Source: an uncultured Clostridia bacterium (GTDB taxonomy: Bacteria > Bacillota > Clostridia > Lachnospirales > CAMZNU01). Taken from it: 64,000 nucleotides of DNA. The translations under genes were made by a program, and so were the position numbers. The stretch covers positions 64,396 through 128,395 of the forward strand of contig CAMZNU010000009.1 in assembly GCA_947313885.1 (NCBI GenBank), given 5' to 3'. Positions 44,822-53,024 of this stretch are shown piece by piece. A model generated the notes under the pieces. The model was not told the origin of the DNA and did not search any database. It was given only the letters and a program-made list of their open reading frames with translations. Position 1 is the first letter of the stretch, and every line of letters begins with the position of its first letter.

Positions 44822-46702
44822 TTAAATTAAAATTCTAAAGTCATCGACACGTCTAGTGATTTTATTATTATCAAATAATTCTAGAAGTAGAAGAGAGAAT
44901 TTACGGCTAGAATTAGTAGCAGTTCTAAAATCGCCAAGAGTAATATTTCCTTTAGAATTATTTAAATCTTTTAAAATATTAATAGCATCTAAATAAAACT
45001 TTTTGTGTATATAAGTAGATTTATCAAGACAAATAATAGAGTCGTTAGTAATAGAATTAATAATTTCGTCTAAATTAATATTTTTATCTGTAGTAATGAA
45101 ATCATTAATTTTAGGGGGCGTAAATTTATTATTTAATAACGTATTTTCTATAAGGTTTTTAATTTCCAGTTCTTTTTTTGTGTAGATAGGTTTAAAAGTT
45201 TTAATTGAAATTAAATTATTAGAAAAATTAATAACATTTTCATCACTAGTTAATTGTAATAACATATCAAAATATTTAAGTTTAAAAGAGGGATTAACTT
45301 TTTTAAACAACTCACTTTTAGAAATACCAAGACGTAAAGGAAAAGTATCGTGGTAGTCTGACACTATAGAAATAATTTTTTCTATATATAAATTATAAGT
45401 ATCGAAATGTATGTATATATCTAAAAGGTTAATGATAGAAACCCCAACTATTTCTTTAACAGTGCTAGAAACATCATCAATACTTTTAGAAATAGAAGTA
45501 CTAATTTTACCTACAGACAAATTGTTACTATCATTATTTTTAATAAAATTTTCTACAACGGTACATAAGTCATTCGACTCTAGAGTTTTTAAAATATTAA
45601 ATTCATTTTCAGAAATATTTTTATGGCGACTAGCATTAGGTAATAAAATAGTGCCACCAGCAATAGTTTCAAGAGGGGAAAACTTTCTTAAAACGAAAAG
45701 ATCATTTTTTTTAAGAAAACAAGGCGTCTCAAAACGTAATTGACAATAACCAGTTTCAGAACTTAAAAAACTATTACAGTTAATAGGAACAACTCTAGCT
45801 AAAATTTCTTTAGTCCCTGTATAAACACGAACTCTATCCCACATTTTTATTTCTTTACAACTACTAGCTACAGTAATTTTAACGTCGGCAATAGAAGTTT
45901 CCACTAAAGTACCTTCTTTAGCTAAAATATGTCCGCGATGTACTTCATCAATTTTTATATTATGTAAATTTAAAGCTGTTCGTTGTCCAGCAAAAGCTGT
46001 GTCAACGTCTTCTTCATGAACTTGTATACTTTTAATTTTTGTAAGTTTGTTGTTAGGGTACATCATAAGTTCGTCGCCAACAGAAATAGAACCTTCGCTT
46101 AAAGTACCTGTTACTACAGTCCCAAAACCGTTAATAGTAAAAGCACGATCTATATTTAAACGAGTAGGTAAATTTTTATTTCGCTCTTTTGTAGTTTTTG
46201 TAAGTGTATCAATAGAAGAAACTAGATTATCGACACCATATTTTGTAACAGAATCAACACATATTATATTTTTATTATTAAAAAAAGTATTTTTTAGTTC
46301 ATCGGTAATTTCATCTTTTAACAACTCTAAATATTCTGTATCTACAAGAGATGATTTAGTAATAACTATTAAAGCGTCTTTAATTTCTAAGTGGTTTAAA
46401 ATTTCTATATGTTCCATAGTTTGAGGCATAATACCTTCTGTAGCACTAATTACTAACAATACGATATCAACACCTGTAGATCCTGCTATCATATTTTTAA
46501 TAAAACGTTCATGCCCTGGTACATCAATAATTCCTGCACGTGTGCCACTTGGTAAATCAAAATATGTAAAACCAAGATTAATAGAAATACCTCTTTTTAT
46601 TTCTTCTTTTAAAGTGTCTGTACTATTTCCTGTTAGAGATTTTATTAAAGTTGTTTTACCGTGATCAATATGCCCCGCTGTACCAATAATAATTTTTTTC
46701 AT
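44822..46702 (-). CDS. selB: selenocysteine-specific translation elongation factor SelB
   Basis: 626 aa. GTP-binding motifs GHIDHGKTTL, DVPGHERF and TKSD, plus a long C-terminal winged-helix extension. It lies adjacent to tRNA-Sec. Confidence 0.92.
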   Translation of the reverse strand: MKKIIIGTAGHIDHGKTTLIKSLTGNSTDTLKEEIKRGISINLGFTYFDLPSGTRAGIIDVPGHERFIKNMIAGSTGVDIVLLVISATEGIMPQTMEHIEILNHLEIKDALIVITKSSLVDTEYLELLKDEITDELKNTFFNNKNIICVDSVTKYGVDNLVSSIDTLTKTTKERNKNLPTRLNIDRAFTINGFGTVVTGTLSEGSISVGDELMMYPNNKLTKIKSIQVHEEDVDTAFAGQRTALNLHNIKIDEVHRGHILAKEGTLVETSIADVKITVASSCKEIKMWDRVRVYTGTKEILARVVPINCNSFLSSETGYCQLRFETPCFLKKNDLFVLRKFSPLETIAGGTILLPNASRHKNISENEFNILKTLESNDLCTVVENFIKNNDSNNLSVGKISTSISKSIDDVSSTVKEIVGVSIINLLDIYIHFDTYNLYIEKIISIVSDYHDTFPLRLGISKSELFKKVNPSFKLKYFDMLLQLTSDENVINFSNNLISIKTFKPIYTKKELEIKNLIENTLLNNKFTPPKINDFITTDKNINLDEIINSITNDSIICLDKSTYIHKKFYLDAINILKDLNNSKGNITLGDFRTATNSSRKFSLLLLELFDNNKITRRVDDFRILI

Positions 46703-46726
46703 AACCCCTCCAATTAATCAATGTAT

Positions 46727-46751
46727 AAAAAAAGCCTACTAATTAGTAGGC
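46727..46751 (-). terminator. intrinsic terminator directly after tRNA-Sec
   Basis: On the minus strand, GCCUACUAAUUAGUAGGC is followed by U7. It ends 24 nt before the selB start codon. Confidence 0.7.
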
Positions 46752-46765
46752 GTTGAGTATATTTT

Positions 46766-46861
46766 TGGCGGAAGCATATGGGAATCGAACCCACCTATGA
46801 CCTACAAGGCCACAACATAGTTTTGAAGACCAGTAGGAACACCAGTTACCTCTCTGCTTCC
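46766..46861 (-). tRNA. selC: tRNA-Sec (anticodon UCA)
   Basis: The minus strand reads GGAAGCAGAG...CUUCAAA...GGGUUCGAUUCCC...GCUUCCGCCA. It is 96 nt with anticodon loop CUUCAAA (UCA), a long variable arm, a 6-bp-type D stem with TGGT loop, and an encoded CCA. My hand fold of the anticodon stem is imperfect. Coordinates +/-1. Confidence 0.85.
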
Positions 46862-46872
46862 ATATCTAGTTA

Positions 46873-46901
46873 AATATAAAATATATTTAAAAAATTGTCA
46901 A
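46873..46901 (-). promoter_or_regulatory. sigma-A type promoter of tRNA-Sec
   Basis: On the minus strand, TTGACA, a 17-nt spacer, then TATATT. The -10 element ends 11 nt before the mature tRNA 5' end. Confidence 0.65.
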
Positions 46902-47134
46902 GTTTATAAAAAATATTTATTGGAGTTTAGAACTTAAATTTATATAAATAATGTAGTGTTATAAATATGAATAGAAGGGATAATATTTTTATAATAAAAA
47001 AATAATTGGAATAAAAATTGGAATAGTGGATAATAAAACAGGAAAAAAATATAATAATAGAAAAAAATATAAAAAAGTAGTAAAATAAATTTAAGATATA
47101 AATAAAAAGTATAAAAGTAAGGGAGGGGAAAATA

Positions 47135-48559
47135 ATTAATATATATAAGTTAATACCAAACGTAGATGATATTTTAAATAATGAGGAAATTAAGACATAT
47201 AAAAATAAAACAAGTCATAACAATTTAATAAAAACAATAAGATGTGAGTTAGAACAATTTAGGAAAAAATTAAAAACAATACAATATGAGGCGGAACATT
47301 GCACGATAGAGATAGACGGAGAAAATATAGATGTTAGAGAGTTAACAAAAGAAAAAATCCATATAATAATTATTAAAAGCACGTTGTGTAACTTAGAAAA
47401 ACAAGTATCAAAAAAAGTTAAAAGAGTAATAAATGGAACAGGTGTAATAGTGCATACTAATTTAGGGCGTGCAGTGCTTAGTGAATATGTTGCACAAAAT
47501 GTATATGACATTACTACAGGATATAACAATTTAGAATTTAATTTAGAAACAGGTAAACGTGGTAGTCGAATGGATTACTTAGAAAAATTATTAGTAGATT
47601 TAACAGGGTGTGAAAGTGCATTAGTTGTAAATAATAATGCATCATCAGTATATTTAATATTAAACACGTTAGGATATGATAAGGAAATAGTAGTGTCACG
47701 TGGTGAGATGGTAGAAATAGGCGGATCATTTAGAGTATCAGAAATTGTAGAAAAAAGCGGTGGATATGTAAAGGAAGTAGGGACGACTAATAAAACTAAA
47801 TTAAAAGATTATGAAAAAGGTACGAATGAAGAAACGGGTATATATTTAAAAGTACATAGATCTAATTTTAAAATAATAGGTTTTACAGAAGAAGTAGAAA
47901 GTAAACAATTAGTAGAGCTTGCAAAAGAAACAGATGTAGTAGTTGTAGAAGACATGGGTTCTGGTGTTTTAGTTGATATGGAAAAATACGGACTACAGAA
48001 AGAAAGAACAGTACAAGAAGCAATAAAAGAAAATGTAGATATAGTATGTTTTTCAGGTGATAAGTTGTTAGGTGGCGGACAAGCAGGAATAATTTTAGGT
48101 AAGAAAAAATATATTGATAAAATGAAAGAAAACCAAATGTTAAGATGTTTACGAGTTGATAAAATGAGTTTAATAGCATTAGAGGGGACGTTAAAACAAT
48201 ATTTTAGTGATGATAAAATAAAAAAGCTACCGATATTTGAAAGTGCGTTAAAAACAATAGATGAGTTAAAAGCATTAGGAAATAATATAAAAGAAGAAAT
48301 AAACAATAATGATATTATGATAGAAATTAAAGAACATTTAGCAATGTTCGGAGGCGGTTCTTTACCAGAAGAAAGTATAAAAAGTATAGGACTATACATA
48401 ACATCAAAAACTAAAACGGCTAATGATATAGAAAAGAAATTAAGAAATGGGGAAGTGCCTATAATATCTGTAATAAAAAATAATGAAGTAATAATAAATT
48501 TAAGTACTATTTTTAAAAAAGATAAACAGTGTATAATAAAAAGTATAAATAACATATAA
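47135..48559 (+). CDS. selA: L-seryl-tRNA(Sec) selenium transferase SelA, probable AUU start
   Basis: The ORF track begins at TTG 47384 (391 aa, no SD). The frame is open about 290 nt further upstream and encodes NIYKLIPNVDDILNNEEIK..., the conserved SelA N-terminal motif. There is no ATG/GTG/TTG in that stretch. AAGGGAGGGG lies 6 nt before an in-frame ATT. The start coordinate is +/-1 nt. Confidence 0.8.
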   Translation: MNIYKLIPNVDDILNNEEIKTYKNKTSHNNLIKTIRCELEQFRKKLKTIQYEAEHCTIEIDGENIDVRELTKEKIHIIIIKSTLCNLEKQVSKKVKRVINGTGVIVHTNLGRAVLSEYVAQNVYDITTGYNNLEFNLETGKRGSRMDYLEKLLVDLTGCESALVVNNNASSVYLILNTLGYDKEIVVSRGEMVEIGGSFRVSEIVEKSGGYVKEVGTTNKTKLKDYEKGTNEETGIYLKVHRSNFKIIGFTEEVESKQLVELAKETDVVVVEDMGSGVLVDMEKYGLQKERTVQEAIKENVDIVCFSGDKLLGGGQAGIILGKKKYIDKMKENQMLRCLRVDKMSLIALEGTLKQYFSDDKIKKLPIFESALKTIDELKALGNNIKEEINNNDIMIEIKEHLAMFGGGSLPEESIKSIGLYITSKTKTANDIEKKLRNGEVPIISVIKNNEVIINLSTIFKKDKQCIIKSINNI

Positions 48560-48580
48560 GTATAAAAGATAGGAGATATT

Positions 48581-48898
48581 ATGGAAAAGAATATTAAAAA
48601 AGTAAATATTGAAGTAGTAGATGATAATAGTAATAACAGTAGTTCAAATAGTGAAACAGTAAAAGGGACAGTGGAAACAGAAGAAAAATATTTTGAATAT
48701 TCAGAAGATAAGTTTGATTATAGTTATTGCGAGTCAAGAAATAAACCTAAACGTAGTATTTTAAATAGGATAATAATTATAGCCGTTATAATAATGCTTA
48801 TACCGTTAATAATTTTTGCTATAAAAATAGCATTTGTTGTAATTGGAGTATTAATAATACTTGGTTTAGTAAGAAGTTTTTTAAATAAATTAATGTAA
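48581..48898 (+). CDS. hypothetical small membrane protein
   Basis: 105 aa. An acidic/polar N-terminal half, then one long hydrophobic stretch (IIIIAVIIMLIPLIIFAIKIAFVVIGVLIILGLV). AGGAG lies upstream. Confidence 0.5.
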   Translation: MEKNIKKVNIEVVDDNSNNSSSNSETVKGTVETEEKYFEYSEDKFDYSYCESRNKPKRSILNRIIIIAVIIMLIPLIIFAIKIAFVVIGVLIILGLVRSFLNKLM

Positions 48899-48931
48899 AA
48901 AAAGTACTGGATAAAATCCAGTACTTTTTTT
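48897..48931. terminator. bidirectional terminator
   Basis: Stem agtactgga / tccagtact, loop taaaa, flanked by an A-run and a T-run. Confidence 0.8.
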
Positions 48932-50045
48932 AGTTATTAACACTAATGGAATTTAAAATGTTAGTAACATAGTTAACTTCTTCTATAGTATTAAAATAAG
49001 AAAGGCTAAACCTTGTAAGTCCTGTATATTCTGTATTAAAAAAAGTATGAATAAGAGGACTACAATGAAAACCGCTACGTGTAGCAATATTATAATCATC
49101 AAATAAAATAGCAGAAAGTTCCGTACTAGTTAAATGCTTAATTTTTAAAGAAATAAGAGGCATGTGAAAACTAGTTGAGAAGTCGCCGTATATTTGGATA
49201 TTTGGATTATTTTTAATGTTGTTATAAAAAGTAGTTAATAAATTAAAATCATGGTTATAAATTTTGTCTACACTTGTTTTTAAAATAAATTCGACACTAG
49301 AATTTAGCCCGGCTAAACTATGACAGTTATGAGTGCCAGCCTCTAAAACATCAGGCATAGTATTAGGGTGTTCCTTTGAAAAAGTGTGATGTCCAGAACC
49401 GCCGACTTTAGTAGGTGGTAGTTTGTTACAAATTACGATACCAGTACCTTGTGGACCTAGTAAAGATTTATGCCCTGTTGCAATTACAAAATCAGCTAAT
49501 GAGCTATCGACTTTTATAACTCCAGCACTTTGAGATGCATCTAAAATTAATAATATGTTATTAGATTTACAAAAGGCACTAATAAAATCTAAATCAATAA
49601 TATTTCCAGTTACATTAGATGCATGGGTTATTACAATTGCTTTTGTGTTAGGCTTTAATAATTTATGTAAGTCATCAAAAATGAGATTGCCATTGGTAGA
49701 ACATTTAATAAAAGATAAATGACAATTAAGTTTATAAAGTGGTCGTAGAACGGAATTATGTTCAAGTATAGAAGAAATAATATGATCACTTTCATTAAAA
49801 AGAGTGGATAAGACTAAATTTAACCCTTCTGTAGCGTTACTAGTAAAAGCTATATTTAGCGGATTATCTACATTAAATAAAGTTGCAATATTATTTCTTG
49901 TTTTAAATAAAAGTTTAGAAGCCGATAAAGCTAAGTTATGAGTAGAACGGTTAGGACTACCGATATTATTAATAGCGTCAAAAACGGAAGATGCAACATC
50001 AGGTGCTTTAGGATAGGACGTAGTAGCGTTATCAAAATAAATCAT
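48930..50045 (-). CDS. class V aminotransferase-fold cysteine desulfurase / selenocysteine lyase-like enzyme
   Basis: 371 aa. PLP-lysine motif ATGHKSLLGPQGTG and a C-terminal catalytic-Cys motif RSGFHCSP. It is divergent from selD. Confidence 0.75.
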   Translation of the reverse strand: MIYFDNATTSYPKAPDVASSVFDAINNIGSPNRSTHNLALSASKLLFKTRNNIATLFNVDNPLNIAFTSNATEGLNLVLSTLFNESDHIISSILEHNSVLRPLYKLNCHLSFIKCSTNGNLIFDDLHKLLKPNTKAIVITHASNVTGNIIDLDFISAFCKSNNILLILDASQSAGVIKVDSSLADFVIATGHKSLLGPQGTGIVICNKLPPTKVGGSGHHTFSKEHPNTMPDVLEAGTHNCHSLAGLNSSVEFILKTSVDKIYNHDFNLLTTFYNNIKNNPNIQIYGDFSTSFHMPLISLKIKHLTSTELSAILFDDYNIATRSGFHCSPLIHTFFNTEYTGLTRFSLSYFNTIEEVNYVTNILNSISVNN

Positions 50046-50115
50046 AAAATTCCCCTTTCTGTAGTTTTATATAGTATAATAAAAAAAAAAAAATATTGCT
50101 ATAAGGAGGTTTACA

Positions 50116-51147
50116 ATGAAAGATATGAAAATTAATAATATGGACTTTTGTGGTGGTTGAGCATCTAAAATACCAGCTGGTCAGTTGGAAAGTATATTAA
50201 AAGAAATACCAATATCAAAAGTTGTAAACGATAATTTATTAATAGGATATGAAAACTCCGATGATGCATCTGTATATAAAATTAGTGATGAAAAAGCTAT
50301 AATACAAACTTTAGATTTTTTTACACCTATGTTAGATGATCCGTATTTATTTGGACAAATAACGGCGTCAAATGCATTAAGTGATGTTTATGCAATGGGC
50401 GGTGAAGTAATAACAGCGTTAAATATAGTATGCTTTCCAAAAAGTGAAAATATAAAAATTTTAGGTGAGATATTAAAAGGCGGGGCAAATAAAGTAATAG
50501 AAAGTGGAGGGGTACTAACAGGAGGACATAGTATAATAGATAAAGATATTAAATATGGACTATCAGTTACAGGAATAGTACACCCGAAAAAAATAATAAA
50601 AAATAATGGCTGTAAAATTGGGGATAAAATAATATTAACGAAAAAATTAGGTACGGGAATAATAATGGCAAGGTATAACGGATATAGAGAGAAAAATGAA
50701 AGTTATAAAAAAGCTATTGAGCAGATGATAATGTTGAATAAAAAGACGTCAGAAATTATGAGTAAGTATAAAGTTAATGGGTGTACAGATGTAACGGGAT
50801 TTGGATTTTTAGGACATTTAAATGAGATGGTAACAGAAAAATACACAATAGAAATAGAAAGTAAAAATATAAAATACATAGAAGAGGCGTATGAATATGC
50901 AAAAGAATTTATAATAACATCAGGGGGACAGAAAAACAGAAAATATTTAGAAGATAAAATAAAATATGATATAGAAGATGAGAGTTTAAAAGAAGTATTA
51001 TTAGATCCACAAACATCAGGGGGATTAATAATATCGGTAGAAGAAAATAGCGAACAATTAATAGAGGAATTAGAAAAAGCGGGAATAACGGCAAGTGTTG
51101 TAGGAAATGTAATAAGAAGAGAAGAAAAAAATATAATAGTGAGGTGA
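50116..51147 (+). CDS. selD: selenide, water dikinase SelD, selenocysteine-containing form (UGA at codon 15)
   Basis: The ORF track starts at TTG 50185. The upstream ATG at 50116 (AAGGAGG 7 nt upstream) reads MKDMKINNMDFCGG-U-ASKIPAGQLESILKE through the TGA at 50158-50160. U-x-x-K matches the catalytic Cys/Sec-Lys motif of SelD. The AIR-synthase-like fold follows. Confidence 0.88.
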
Positions 51148-51151
51148 TAAA

Positions 51152-51724
51152 ATGATTAAATTAAACTGTGTAGGCGATGTATGTCCTATGCCTGTAATAA
51201 AAGCAAAAAAAATATTAGAAACTATAGATAGTAAAGAAACGTTAAAAATCGAAGTTGATAATATAGAAGCTAAAGAAAATATAATCAAGTACATAAAAAG
51301 TAAAGGGTATGAATATAAACACTATGAAAAAGGAAATTATTTTATAGAGGTGGTAAAAAGCGGAAATATATTTGAGAAAGAGGAAATAAAAAAAGAAGGA
51401 ATAATAGTAATAAGTAGCGATGAAATGGGAGAGGGCAATAGAGAGTTAGGAGTAGCGTTATTAAAAAGTTATGTGTATACGTTAACAGAACTAGAAAAAA
51501 AACCAAGTGTTATAATATTATATAATAGTGGCGTTAAATTAAGTGTAAAAAGTAGTAAGAGTATAGAAGATTTAAAAATGTTAGAAGATAACGGCGTAAA
51601 AATTTTAATATGTGGAGCGTGTTTAAATTTTTATAATATATTAGAAGAAGTAGAAGTAGGAGAAGTTACAAACATGTATGAGATAGCAACAATAACAAAT
51701 AATGCTAAAGTGTTTAAGGTGTAA
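51152..51724 (+). CDS. yedF: YedF-type selenium metabolism protein (TusA/SirA-like N-domain plus DsrE-like C-domain)
   Basis: 190 aa with the CPxP motif GDVCPMPVIKAKK. The size and position after selD are typical. Confidence 0.75.
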   Translation: MIKLNCVGDVCPMPVIKAKKILETIDSKETLKIEVDNIEAKENIIKYIKSKGYEYKHYEKGNYFIEVVKSGNIFEKEEIKKEGIIVISSDEMGEGNRELGVALLKSYVYTLTELEKKPSVIILYNSGVKLSVKSSKSIEDLKMLEDNGVKILICGACLNFYNILEEVEVGEVTNMYEIATITNNAKVFKV

Positions 51725-51725
51725 G

Positions 51726-51974
51726 ATGGACTATTATATATTAACGTTTAACGGGACAAATGATGCAATAAAAGGTGAGAGTATATTAGATAGTAAAATA
51801 GAGTGTAGGATAATAGCGTTGCCAGAGCAGATATTAGCAGGGTGTGGATTTGTAATAAAATTTAATAAATTAGATAAGGCGTTAATAAAAAAAGAGTTGC
51901 TAAATAAAGTAGACATAGGTGATTTTTATAAAGTTGAAGTAAAGAATAATAAAAAATCATATATTAAAATATAA
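51726..51974 (+). CDS. DUF3343-family small protein (putative Se/S carrier-associated)
   Basis: I prefer the ATG at 51726 (MDYYILTFNGTNDAIKGESIL...) over the overlapping 51702 start. The pattern Y.L.F......A...E..L and the Cys in LAGCGF are typical of DUF3343, which often neighbours yedF/selD. Confidence 0.6.
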   Translation: MDYYILTFNGTNDAIKGESILDSKIECRIIALPEQILAGCGFVIKFNKLDKALIKKELLNKVDIGDFYKVEVKNNKKSYIKI

Positions 51975-51986
51975 TGGAGGGTAAAT

Positions 51987-53012
51987 ATGTTTAATAAAAA
52001 ATATGTAATAGATACGTTAGTGGAAATATTAGAAGTAGATAGTCCAACGGGGTTTACAAAAAAAGCGATGGACTTAGTACAATTAAAAGTAGAAGAATTA
52101 GGATTTACGATGACATACTCAAATAAGGGCAATGGAATAGTGGAAGTAAAAGGGATAGATAATAGTAAGGTAGTAGGAGTATTATCACATATAGATACGT
52201 TAGGACTTATGGTAAGAAGTATAAATGATGATGGTACGTTAAACTTCACAACATTAGGAGGTATTTTATTACCAACAGTAGATAGTGAATATTGTAAAGT
52301 GTATACATCAGATGGAAAAGTATATAGTGGAACAGTAATAAGTAATAGTCCATCGGCACATGTGTATAAAGATAGTAGAAGCCTTGAGAGAAATAAAGAG
52401 AATATGCATATACGATTAGATGAAAATGTAAAAACAAAAGAAGACGTATTAAAATTAAATATAGGAAATGGTGATTTTATATGTATAGATACGAAAACAG
52501 TAGTTGTAAATGATTTTATAAAATCAAGATTTTTAGATGATAAGGCGTGTGTAGCTATAGTACTTGGAATGTTAAAACATATAAAAGAAGAAAAAGTAAA
52601 ATTAAAAAACGATGTAAAATTTATATTTAGTACATATGAGGAAGTGGGACATGGTTCATCACACATACCAGAAGATATAAGTGAGTGCTTAGCGTTAGAT
52701 ATGGGATGTATAGGAAAAGATTTAAGTTGTACAGAAGAAGACGTATCAATATGTGCAAAAGATGGTGGTGGTCCGTATGATTATGATATGGTAAATAAAT
52801 TAAAAAGTTTTGCTAAGGAAGATAAATTAAATTATGCAGTAGATATATATGAATTTTATAGTTCAGATGTAACGGCGGGGTTAAGAGGTGGAAACGATAT
52901 AAAAGGAGCATTAATAGGTCCAGGAATTCATGCAAGTCACGGATTAGAAAGAACACATTATAAAGGCATTGAAAACACTATGAAACTGTTATTAAGTTAT
53001 TTAACAAAATAG
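51987..53012 (+). CDS. M42 family metallopeptidase (glutamyl aminopeptidase / FrvX-like)
   Basis: 341 aa. The motifs SHIDTLG, DDKACVA and YEEVGHG are typical of M42. Confidence 0.8.
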   Translation: MFNKKYVIDTLVEILEVDSPTGFTKKAMDLVQLKVEELGFTMTYSNKGNGIVEVKGIDNSKVVGVLSHIDTLGLMVRSINDDGTLNFTTLGGILLPTVDSEYCKVYTSDGKVYSGTVISNSPSAHVYKDSRSLERNKENMHIRLDENVKTKEDVLKLNIGNGDFICIDTKTVVVNDFIKSRFLDDKACVAIVLGMLKHIKEEKVKLKNDVKFIFSTYEEVGHGSSHIPEDISECLALDMGCIGKDLSCTEEDVSICAKDGGGPYDYDMVNKLKSFAKEDKLNYAVDIYEFYSSDVTAGLRGGNDIKGALIGPGIHASHGLERTHYKGIENTMKLLLSYLTK

Positions 53013-53024
53013 GGGGATATTAAA

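Noticed and set aside
47455-47465. Apparent frameshift in selA: I read four T (aat|ttta) in the printed sequence, where continuous ORFs on both strands in the track require three
   Set aside because: The ORF track reads through on both strands (47384..48559 plus and 47215..47529 minus). Its coordinates upstream of this point are 1 greater than mine, while those downstream agree. This is most likely my reading or counting error, not biology. It does mean that my self-derived coordinates between about 46703 and 47460 are +/-1.
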